Shown piece by piece: positions 50,158-57,922 of a stretch of 64,000 bases of DNA. The notes under the pieces are model-generated. The model saw nothing but the letters and a program-made list of their open reading frames with translations, did not search any database and was not told where the DNA came from. Every line of letters starts with the position of its first letter. The first letter of the stretch is position 1. The DNA is from Acidimicrobiales bacterium (GTDB lineage Bacteria > Actinomycetota > Acidimicrobiia > Acidimicrobiales > JBBRKR01), in contig JBBRKR010000002.1 of NCBI GenBank assembly GCA_038231795.1, forward strand, positions 90,702 to 154,701, written 5' to 3'. The position numbers were made by a program, and so were the translations under genes.

Positions 50158-50393
50158 TGTTGTGGATCACATGCCCATGCTGCGGTCATCGACCGGTGGA
50201 TGAATTCCGCTTTGGTGGTGAGATGCCCGACGTTCCCGCATCAGTGGTGGGCGACGACGCTCGCGATCTCGATCGGGTGTAGATGTTTAACAACATCGAT
50301 GGGCCGTCCGTGGAGCGTTGGTTTCATGAAGGCGGTTGCCGCAGGTGGTATACGGTTACTCGCGACACGCACAGCGATCGCGTGCTGAGTTAG
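50157..50393 (+). pseudogene. soxD: sarcosine oxidase delta subunit interrupted by in-frame TAG at 50280-50282 (nonsense, split gene or recoding)
   Basis: Not in the ORF track because both halves are under 60 aa. The frame starting at the ATG at 50157 (TGATG overlap with the soxB stop) reads MLWITCPCCGHRPVDEFRFGGEMPDVPASVVGDDARDLDRV, then TAG, then MFNNIDGPSVERWFHEGGCRRWYTVTRDTHSDRVLS, then TAG. Both halves match the SoxD zinc-binding pattern (CPxCG ... ERWxHxxGCRRW). Confidence 0.75.
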
Positions 50394-50402
50394 ATTTTTG
50401 TT

Positions 50403-51602
50403 GTGACGCTCATTGGTGACTTCGACGTATACCTTCGGGTGGCAGCCCTCGAAACGGTGGCGGCCAATTGTGACCGTGTGACGGCAACATGGAGCGATGG
50501 TCATGTTGGGCACTTTCACTTGGTGTGGCTACGTGACAATTGCCCGTGCGAGATGTGTGTTCATACTGGGACCAAAGAGCAAACCTTTGAATTGTTGGAT
50601 GGGCCATCCGACTTGACACTCGTGTCGGGTGGAGTTGTCTCGGCAAGAGACATGGATCTCACATGGTTCGACGGCCACCGCACCGTGATCGACGGAGCGT
50701 GGCTACGAGCCCATTGCTATTGCGATCTGTGCTTGGCGAATGCCGGCGCAGCGCCGAAGCTGTGGACCGCCGCCACCATGAGCGAGCCGCCTACCTTCGC
50801 ATGGTCGAGCGTGTCGACACTCGACAGTGCTCGATACGAGTGGCTTTCGGCACTGCGAGATTTCGGCACCACCCGAGTGAGCGGCTTACCCACTACCGAT
50901 GAGATGGTTGGCGAGTTGGCCCGCTTGATTGGCCCGGTGCGTGACACCAACTTTGGCGTACAGTGGGATGTGTGGACAGAGCCAGACCCTGTCACTAACG
51001 CCAACACGGCATTGCTTCTCCCGTCGCACGTCGACTTACCGACACGGGAATACCAGCCAGGCCTTCAGTTTTTACACTGCCTAGAAAATGAGGCAGCAGG
51101 TGGGATGAGCACCATGGTCGATGGATTTGCGGTAGCCAACGCGCTGCGCAAATTCGATTCAGAGGCGTTTGAAACTCTCACTACGGTGCCGTGGAATTGG
51201 GCCAACAGGTCCAAGACCAGCGACTACCGATGGGCGTCGCCAATGATCGTGACCGACCACACCGGTGCGGTCACCGAAGTACGAGTGGGCAACTGGCTAC
51301 GCGCTCCGCTGCAGACAAAAGCAGCAGATGTGGAGCGGGCCTACACGGCGTATCGAGCATTTGCCACGCTGACTCGAAGCAAGGAGTTCCGCATCGAATT
51401 CCGCTTCGAACCAGGTGACTGTATCGCCTTTGACAACCGACGGATTTTACACGGCCGCACTGCGTTCGATGATGGCGACAATGGTCGCCGTCATTTGCGG
51501 GGGTGCTACTCAGAACGCGATGAATTGCACTCGCGGCTGCGAATTTTAGAGCGTCAACGGCGGGCTGTCGGGAGCCACGATGATGCGCACAATCATGAAT
51601 GA
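50403..51602 (+). CDS. gamma-butyrobetaine hydroxylase-like dioxygenase (DUF971 N-domain + TauD/TfdA Fe(II)/2-oxoglutarate domain)
   Basis: 399 aa with a GTG start. The N-terminal zinc motif is WSDGHVGHFHLVWLRDNCPCEMC. The TauD-like core has the HVD facial-triad context (LLLPSHVDLP) and RILHGR. Confidence 0.8.
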   Translation: MTLIGDFDVYLRVAALETVAANCDRVTATWSDGHVGHFHLVWLRDNCPCEMCVHTGTKEQTFELLDGPSDLTLVSGGVVSARDMDLTWFDGHRTVIDGAWLRAHCYCDLCLANAGAAPKLWTAATMSEPPTFAWSSVSTLDSARYEWLSALRDFGTTRVSGLPTTDEMVGELARLIGPVRDTNFGVQWDVWTEPDPVTNANTALLLPSHVDLPTREYQPGLQFLHCLENEAAGGMSTMVDGFAVANALRKFDSEAFETLTTVPWNWANRSKTSDYRWASPMIVTDHTGAVTEVRVGNWLRAPLQTKAADVERAYTAYRAFATLTRSKEFRIEFRFEPGDCIAFDNRRILHGRTAFDDGDNGRRHLRGCYSERDELHSRLRILERQRRAVGSHDDAHNHE

Positions 51603-52733
51603 ACCAAGGACGCAATTGATGGTGAGTAGCGCCCAAAAGTATCCCGTTGATCCCAGGTGACTCATCGAAGTTGAGCTAATGAGCGGACCGGTCATGGCGC
51701 CGATGGCATACAACCTCACAAGAGCACTGCCGGCGGCCACCACTTTGTCGGCGGGGAGCCAATCGTTGGTGTACACGTTGGCCAGGCCGTAGAGCGGCGT
51801 GCTCAAGCCTCCTAGAAGCCCAAAGGCCACGAGTGAGGGCGTAGATCCTGGTTGCAGAGACACGAGCGCTAAGCACGTGCCAGCGCTGCCCAACGCTAAA
51901 ACGACGAAGAGCAGCCGGCGTGGGACCTTGTCGGCAACTACGCCCGCTGGCACTTGCAGAAGCACTGTCCCCATCATGATGGCGATCATTACTTTCGCTA
52001 TTTGAGAAGACGTCAGTCCGACGTTGGTTGCCCACACCGATGCCATCACGATGACAGCGCTCTGTGTCATGCCCACCAACACCATGGCAATGGCACCTGA
52101 CGGCACAAGTTGCACAACGCTCTTCAAAGAAATGTGGCCATCGTTGCTGGCTAACGAGCGGCTGGCGGGGATTCGAATCAGCGCTAGGGATGCCGCCGCC
52201 GTGGCCGTTCCCGCGATCAGAAAGGGCACCACCGTATTGGTGTTGGCCACGTTGAGTAACACCTGTCCAACTGCAATGCCTCCCGAGATCACGGCTACGT
52301 AGATAGCGATCAAACGACCGCGGGTTTTGTTGGAAGCCAGGTCATTGAGCCACGATTCCACGACGACGTACACTCCTCCCAATGATCCTCCACCGATAAG
52401 TCGCAGCAGCATCCATGAAGGCTTGTTGACTAAAACTCCATACATCACACAGGCACTGGCCATTGTGGAAGCAAACATCGCGAAGCAGGTCGTCCGTGTG
52501 AAGCGACCCAGCATGCGCACGGCCAACGGGGTGGCGATCAAGAACCCGACATACGTCATCGAGTTGATGACCCCCATGGAATCAGTCGAGAATCCCTCGG
52601 CTTTCGCTCGAATACTCAACAGTGAGCCGAGCAGCCCGTAGCCGACCATCAAGATGCCCATGCCCACGATGATCGACGTCGCTGCGCGACGCGATGGGGT
52701 GCCGTGAACCTTCCCGAGTACAACGGTGATCAT
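51546..52733 (-). CDS. MFS transporter
   Basis: 395 aa with about 12 predicted TM segments. Its 3' end overlaps the convergent dioxygenase gene by 57 nt. Confidence 0.85.
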   Translation of the reverse strand: MITVVLGKVHGTPSRRAATSIIVGMGILMVGYGLLGSLLSIRAKAEGFSTDSMGVINSMTYVGFLIATPLAVRMLGRFTRTTCFAMFASTMASACVMYGVLVNKPSWMLLRLIGGGSLGGVYVVVESWLNDLASNKTRGRLIAIYVAVISGGIAVGQVLLNVANTNTVVPFLIAGTATAAASLALIRIPASRSLASNDGHISLKSVVQLVPSGAIAMVLVGMTQSAVIVMASVWATNVGLTSSQIAKVMIAIMMGTVLLQVPAGVVADKVPRRLLFVVLALGSAGTCLALVSLQPGSTPSLVAFGLLGGLSTPLYGLANVYTNDWLPADKVVAAGSALVRLYAIGAMTGPLISSTSMSHLGSTGYFWALLTINCVLGSFMIVRIIVAPDSPPLTL

Positions 52734-52806
52734 GCCCCACTTTAGCTCGCACGATTTGTTGCCAAACTCGTCGAGCCCCCTTGAGCTGCCGACCTAATGT
52801 GGGCGG

Positions 52807-53979
52807 ATGTCTGCACCAGATCCTCGCCTTGCCGCCCGAACGTACGGCGTGGCGCCGTTCCATGTAGTGGCACTGAGCGAGGTGGCGTATTCCTTGATGG
52901 CACAAGGCCGTGACGTGATCATGATGCTTCCCGGCGAGCCCGATTTTGGTACTCCGCAACCAGTGGTCGATGCGGTCACTCAGGCACTGCAAAATGGTCG
53001 TGTGCGATACACACAATCGTTCGGTATTCCATCGTTGCGACTCAAGATCGCCGAGTACTACGCCACTCGGTTCGGAGTGACGGTGCCGATGGAGCGCATT
53101 GCCGTCACCACTGGTGCATCCAGCGCTTTGCTGTTGGCTCTGGCTGCCACACTCGACAAAGGCCAACAGCTCTTGCTCTCCGATCCGGGTTATCCGTGTA
53201 ATCGTCACTTTGCACGGATCTACGAAGGACGCAGCGTCAACGTGCCGGTGGGGCCAGAAACCAACTACCAGCTGTCGGCCGAACTCATTGATCAGCATTG
53301 GACTGCCGATACCGGCGGCGTTCTCATTGCTACGCCGTCGAATCCCACGGGAACCATCGTGCCTCCCGACGAGTTGGCTCGAATTGCCGTGACTGTGGCG
53401 GGGCACGGCGGCACGTTGATCGTCGACGAGATTTACGCCGAGCTGGTGTACGACTCCGACCCGAAAACGATTTTGAGCTACACCCACGATGCCTTTGTAA
53501 TCAACAGCTTCTCGAAAACTTTTGGCATGACGGGCTGGCGATTGGGATGGATGATCGTGCCCGAATGGGCTGTGGCGGCCGTCACCAGACTGGCAGCCAA
53601 CATGTACATCTCCGCACCTGAAATATCACAACACGCCGGCGCCGCATGTTTCACGCCCGAAGTGTGGGCCATCGTGGCGCAAAGAAAAGCCGAGCTGCAG
53701 GCCCGTCGCGATCTGTTGGTGGCGGGCTTGCGGGAGCTTGGATTCGGGGTGCCGGTTGTGCCTGAGGGAGCGTTCTATGTGTACGCCGATTGTTCTGCGT
53801 TTACCGACAATTCCTACGACTGGTGTGTGCGTCTGCTCAATGAGGAATTTGTGGGCGTCACGCCGGGAATCGACTTCGGAAAAAATCGGGCCCGGGAGCA
53901 TGTGCGTTTCAGCTACACCTGTTCACAAAAACAAATCACAGAAGCATTGCACCGGATCGCCCGTTTCCTGAACCTATGA
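52807..53979 (+). CDS. pyridoxal phosphate-dependent aminotransferase (aspartate aminotransferase-like, class I)
   Basis: 390 aa with ATPSNPTG and the PLP-lysine motif NSFSKTFGMTGWRLGW. Confidence 0.85.
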   Translation: MSAPDPRLAARTYGVAPFHVVALSEVAYSLMAQGRDVIMMLPGEPDFGTPQPVVDAVTQALQNGRVRYTQSFGIPSLRLKIAEYYATRFGVTVPMERIAVTTGASSALLLALAATLDKGQQLLLSDPGYPCNRHFARIYEGRSVNVPVGPETNYQLSAELIDQHWTADTGGVLIATPSNPTGTIVPPDELARIAVTVAGHGGTLIVDEIYAELVYDSDPKTILSYTHDAFVINSFSKTFGMTGWRLGWMIVPEWAVAAVTRLAANMYISAPEISQHAGAACFTPEVWAIVAQRKAELQARRDLLVAGLRELGFGVPVVPEGAFYVYADCSAFTDNSYDWCVRLLNEEFVGVTPGIDFGKNRAREHVRFSYTCSQKQITEALHRIARFLNL

Positions 53980-54896
53980 GTAGCAAACAGGATCACCATC
54001 CGTTGGCCATTGGCGGCGAGCTGGTGGCAGTTTTGGCATGGGGCGCGTCAGCAGGCTGGAGTCGCCACAGCCATGCGTCGGGATTCGTGTTCGCGTTTTG
54101 GCGACTGGGTTATGGCGCTGTATTGAGCTATGTCGCGTTGCGAATCAGCGGTCGCCGGTTGACGTGGCAGCAGCTCAAATTGTCGATCCCTGGCGGATTG
54201 ATTTTCGCGACGCATTTGGCCCTGTTTTTCACCTGTATTCGTCACACCACGGTTGCCAATGTGACGGTCATCGAAGCGCTGTCACCGGTGCTCATCTTGC
54301 CGTTCGCCAAACGGTTCTTTGGCGAGGTTGCTGGCCGTCGCGAGTGGCTGCTGGCTCTTGTGGCCGTAACGGGCGTAACGGTGGCCATTGCGGCTGGCGC
54401 TAGCGGCGGACATTCCAGCACATTCGGAGTGGTGGTGGCAGGATTCAATCTTGTGTCGTGGACGTTGTATTTCATGATCGGCAAAACGGCCAGGCGGCAT
54501 CTGGACGCTATGACCTTTATGGCGGGGCTCATGATCGTGGCGTGTATTTCATTTGCTCCCGTTGCATTGCTTGCATCAGATGTCACAGATGTTCGATCGC
54601 GTGATTGGTTGTGGTTTTTCTTAGCGGCTGCTGTGCCCGGCATGTTGGGTCACGGGATGATCAATTGGGCGCACAAGTTCGTTCCCGTCTCGGTTTCGGC
54701 GGTCATGGCTCTCGGTGTTCCTGTGGTTGCAGCGTTGGTTGCGTGGCCCGAATTCGGGGAGCGTATTTCGGTGCTGCAAGCGGCGGGCATGTCGGTGGTC
54801 ATTGGGGCTCTGGCGGTTATGGCCGTCATAGAGGCCCGTCGCGAGCAATCGGCCGTTTACCCGATCAGTGCCGCAGAGGCCACCGCAGGTCCGTAG
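53976..54896 (+). CDS. EamA/DMT family transporter
   Basis: 306 aa with 10 predicted TM segments in two EamA-like halves. It has an ATGA overlap with the aminotransferase stop. Confidence 0.85.
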   Translation: MSSKQDHHPLAIGGELVAVLAWGASAGWSRHSHASGFVFAFWRLGYGAVLSYVALRISGRRLTWQQLKLSIPGGLIFATHLALFFTCIRHTTVANVTVIEALSPVLILPFAKRFFGEVAGRREWLLALVAVTGVTVAIAAGASGGHSSTFGVVVAGFNLVSWTLYFMIGKTARRHLDAMTFMAGLMIVACISFAPVALLASDVTDVRSRDWLWFFLAAAVPGMLGHGMINWAHKFVPVSVSAVMALGVPVVAALVAWPEFGERISVLQAAGMSVVIGALAVMAVIEARREQSAVYPISAAEATAGP

Positions 54897-54906
54897 GCTC
54901 ATAGCC

Positions 54907-55608
54907 ATGACCGACGCCCTACAAAAGACCTCCTCGCAACTCAGTATTGGTTGGGGGGTGGTGCACCTTTTCGCCAAAGTGGCCGGCTACGACGTTGACA
55001 AAAAAGCCGTCGTCGCCGCAGTGGCCAAAGCACAAGCGGCCGATCACCAGGTGGTGTGCATTGCCACGTTGGGGCACAAAGCCGACGTGTGTTTCATGGC
55101 ATTGGGTCCTGACATGTGGGTGTTGCGCACCTTGCAAACCGACCTTCAGATGGCGGGCGTCGACATCATCGATTCGTATGTTTCGTTGACCGAGATCAGC
55201 GAGTACGCGCAGGGTATTCCCGAGGAAATGCAAAACGCACGCTTGTACCCGCAACTGCCTCCGGCCGGGAAGGAAGCGTGGTGCTTCTATCCCATGTCCA
55301 AGCGCCGCGGCGACAAGGACAACTGGTTTTCTCTGCCATATGAACAACGCAAAGAACTCATGCATGGCCATGGAATTTCGGGCCGCAAGTTCGCCGGCCG
55401 CATTGTGCAACTCATTACTGGATCAACGGGCGTAGACGACTTTGAGTGGGGAGTGACGCTTTTTGGCGGGCACCCGGATGATCTAAAGGATGTGGTCTAC
55501 ACGATGCGTTTCGACGAGGCGTCGGCCAACTTTGCCGAGTTCGGATTCTTCATCACCGGACTGGTGTGCGCCGATGCTCGAGAGTTATTGGCCCGCGTTT
55601 GTCCATGA
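54907..55608 (+). CDS. hemQ: chlorite dismutase family protein, coproheme decarboxylase type (HemQ/ChdC)
   Basis: I moved the start to the ATG at 54907. FYPMSKRRGDKDNWFSLPYEQRKELMHGHG and DDFEWGVTLFGGHPDDLKDVVYTMRFDEAS are typical of actinobacterial HemQ. Confidence 0.8.
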   Translation: MTDALQKTSSQLSIGWGVVHLFAKVAGYDVDKKAVVAAVAKAQAADHQVVCIATLGHKADVCFMALGPDMWVLRTLQTDLQMAGVDIIDSYVSLTEISEYAQGIPEEMQNARLYPQLPPAGKEAWCFYPMSKRRGDKDNWFSLPYEQRKELMHGHGISGRKFAGRIVQLITGSTGVDDFEWGVTLFGGHPDDLKDVVYTMRFDEASANFAEFGFFITGLVCADARELLARVCP

Positions 55609-55698
55609 TGTTTGCGCTAAGCGGCTGTTTCTCGTAGGCTTGCCGTTCTCACGCTCGGGAGCCGATCTCTCGGGCAGTCAAATGACACAAGGGGAAAT

Positions 55699-56829
55699 AT
55701 GAATAAGAAATTAGCTCTGCGCGTCGGCGCAGCGGTATTGAGCTTGGCCTTCGTGGCGAGCGCATGTAGTTCCGACAAAAAGGCCGATGATCCGAATTGT
55801 GGCGACATCCATATTGGATTCGTTGGAGCGCTCACCGGTGCCAATGGCGCCCTCGGCACCAACATGGTGCACGGTGCACAGATTGCTATCGACGAGTACA
55901 ACGCAACTCAGAAGAGCTGCAAGACCAAGGTCAGCCTGATCCAAAAGGATTCACAAGGCGATCCCAAGGTTGCCCCGCCGTTGGCTACAGCATTGGTTGA
56001 TGACAAGTCAGTCGTCGGCTTGATTGGCCCAGGCTTCTCAGGCGAGACCAAGGCCACCATGCCTACCTTCGAAGCCGCTGGCTTGCCCATGATCACACCT
56101 GGCGCCACAAACGCCAAGTTGTCGACCAATGGTTGGAAGATGTTCCACCGCATTCTGGCCAACGACGACAAGCAGGCTCCTGGCATTGTGTCCTACCTCA
56201 AGACTGCTGGTGCCAAAACGGTTGCCGTCATCGACGATGCCTCGGAATATGGCAAGGGCTTGGCCGATTCGGTCCGTAGCGGCCTCGGCGCGTTGAAGAC
56301 CGCCGATGCGACCATCGATCCCAAAGCATCTGATTTCGGTGCCGCCGTTTCGGCGATGAAGACGGCTAACGCCGACTACATCTTCTACGGTGGCTACTAC
56401 GCAGAAGCAGCCAAGCTGGTTACCCAGCTGCGCGATGCTGGCGTGAAGTCAGTGTTCATGTCAGGCGACGGTTCGCTCGACCCAGCATTCATCACCGCTG
56501 CTGGCAAGAACGGCGAAGGTGCCATCTTGACCGCCACCGGCGCTCCTTCGGACGTCAACCCGGCATTCTCGGCTTCGTTCAAGGCCAAATGGGCCACCGA
56601 TCCGTTGCTGTACAGCCCAGAAGCGTACGACTGCGCCAAGGTGTTCCTGGCTGGCCTCGCCGCCGGCAAGACCACCCGTGCCGATCTCGCCGCATTCGTG
56701 TCGGCGTACGACGCACCTGGCATCACCAAGCAAATCAAGTTTGATGCCACCGGCGAGCCGGCTGGTAGCGCTGTCTACTCGTATGTCGTCAAAGACGGCA
56801 AACTTGTTAGCCTTGGCTTGATCAAGTAA
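55699..56829 (+). CDS. branched-chain amino acid ABC transporter substrate-binding lipoprotein
   Basis: 376 aa with the lipobox LAFVASACSS and a type I periplasmic-binding-fold pattern (IGFVGALTGANGALG, GPGFSGET). Confidence 0.85.
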   Translation: MNKKLALRVGAAVLSLAFVASACSSDKKADDPNCGDIHIGFVGALTGANGALGTNMVHGAQIAIDEYNATQKSCKTKVSLIQKDSQGDPKVAPPLATALVDDKSVVGLIGPGFSGETKATMPTFEAAGLPMITPGATNAKLSTNGWKMFHRILANDDKQAPGIVSYLKTAGAKTVAVIDDASEYGKGLADSVRSGLGALKTADATIDPKASDFGAAVSAMKTANADYIFYGGYYAEAAKLVTQLRDAGVKSVFMSGDGSLDPAFITAAGKNGEGAILTATGAPSDVNPAFSASFKAKWATDPLLYSPEAYDCAKVFLAGLAAGKTTRADLAAFVSAYDAPGITKQIKFDATGEPAGSAVYSYVVKDGKLVSLGLIK

Positions 56830-56844
56830 CACGTACTAAAAATT

Positions 56845-56878
56845 GAAAGGGTCGGGGGCATGTGCCCCCGACCCTTTC
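56845..56878 (+). terminator. strong GC-rich stem-loop between the binding-protein and permease genes (attenuator or partial terminator)
   Basis: A perfect 14-bp stem (gaaagggtcggggg / cccccgaccctttc) with the loop catgtg. No immediate U-tract follows, so this is not a classical intrinsic terminator. Confidence 0.5.
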
Positions 56879-56917
56879 TGCATCTAATATCGGAATTTTT
56901 AAAGGGGGGACCTTTAT

Positions 56918-57922
56918 ATGTGGCTCTTAGCCGTAGCAAAAACGACGTTTCACTTCGATGACCTGATCAACGGATTTTGGGACATCACAATCAGTGGCCT
57001 TGTGCTTGGCGCCATCTACGCACTTGTTGCACTTGGCTACACCCTTGTGTACGGGGTACTCCGCCTAATCAACTTCGCCCATTCCGAAGTTTGGATGTTG
57101 GGCGCTTTCGGTTCGTTCGCCGCCCTGTGGGGATTTGGTGTTCCCACCCGCCTGGCCAATGGTAACGACCCGACGAAGACGGGGCTTGTGCTCGTGGGGA
57201 TGCTTTTGGCCTGTCTCCTGGTCTCGATGCTGTTTAGCGGTATCGCTGCCGTAGTTGTTGAAACATTCGCCTACCGGCCGCTTCGAAGGAAGAAAGCGCC
57301 TCGGCTGAATTTCTTGATCGCCGCTATTGGTGCAAGTTTCATCCTTGCTGAGCTGGTGGGTATTAACGGCGCCAAACATCGCGAGGAATACACATTGCAA
57401 CGGATCTTCGAAAAGAAGATCGTTTTCCACCTTTTCTCTGGCCAGGTTCGACTGAACCAGGTAATCGTGCTCGTTGTCGCCCTTGGAATGATGTTGGGCT
57501 TGTCGAAATTTGTGAGCAGCACCAGGACCGGTCGCGGCATCCGTGCGGTGGCTCAAGACGGTGAGACTGCCCGCCTCATGGGTGTCAATACCGACAGGAT
57601 CATTTTGATCACATTCATCGTCGGTGGCATGATGGCCGGAGCCGCCGCATTCTTCTTTGAAATTACCTACGGAGTTGCCCGGTTCAATACAGGGTTTCAG
57701 ATTGGCGTGAAATCGTTTACGGCGGCCGTACTTGGCGGGATCGGCAATATTCGTGGTGCCTACGTGGGCGGAATCTTGTTGGGTCTCATCGAGCTGTATA
57801 CCTCGGTCATTTTTGCTGATCAAAAGATGGGCACTGTGTCGGCATTCGTCGTACTTGTGCTGGTGTTGATGTTCCGTCCCAACGGACTCCTCGGCGAGTC
57901 GCTTTCGGCGGCGCGGGCATGA
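56918..57922 (+). CDS. livH: branched-chain amino acid ABC transporter permease (LivH-like)
   Basis: 334 aa and polytopic. AAAGGGGGGA lies upstream. The motif GAIYALVALGYTLVYG is present. Confidence 0.85.
   Translation: MWLLAVAKTTFHFDDLINGFWDITISGLVLGAIYALVALGYTLVYGVLRLINFAHSEVWMLGAFGSFAALWGFGVPTRLANGNDPTKTGLVLVGMLLACLLVSMLFSGIAAVVVETFAYRPLRRKKAPRLNFLIAAIGASFILAELVGINGAKHREEYTLQRIFEKKIVFHLFSGQVRLNQVIVLVVALGMMLGLSKFVSSTRTGRGIRAVAQDGETARLMGVNTDRIILITFIVGGMMAGAAAFFFEITYGVARFNTGFQIGVKSFTAAVLGGIGNIRGAYVGGILLGLIELYTSVIFADQKMGTVSAFVVLVLVLMFRPNGLLGESLSAARA

Noticed and set aside
50280-50282. The idea that the in-frame TAG in soxD encodes pyrrolysine, given the nearby MttB-family gene
   Set aside because: The MttB homolog here has no internal amber codon. 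No pylT or pylSBCD-like genes are in the window. TAG is used as an ordinary stop by many genes here (for example at 4449-4451, 14616-14618, 31596-31598, 60600-60602 and 63211-63213). SoxD is not a known Pyl protein. A nonsense mutation, a sequencing error or stop-restart is far more likely.
50200-50388. 62-aa ORF from the track overlapping the soxD locus
   Set aside because: It is in a different reading frame from the sequence that matches the conserved SoxD pattern. Its product (MNSALVVRCPTFPHQWW...) resembles no family I recognise. It is a shadow ORF.
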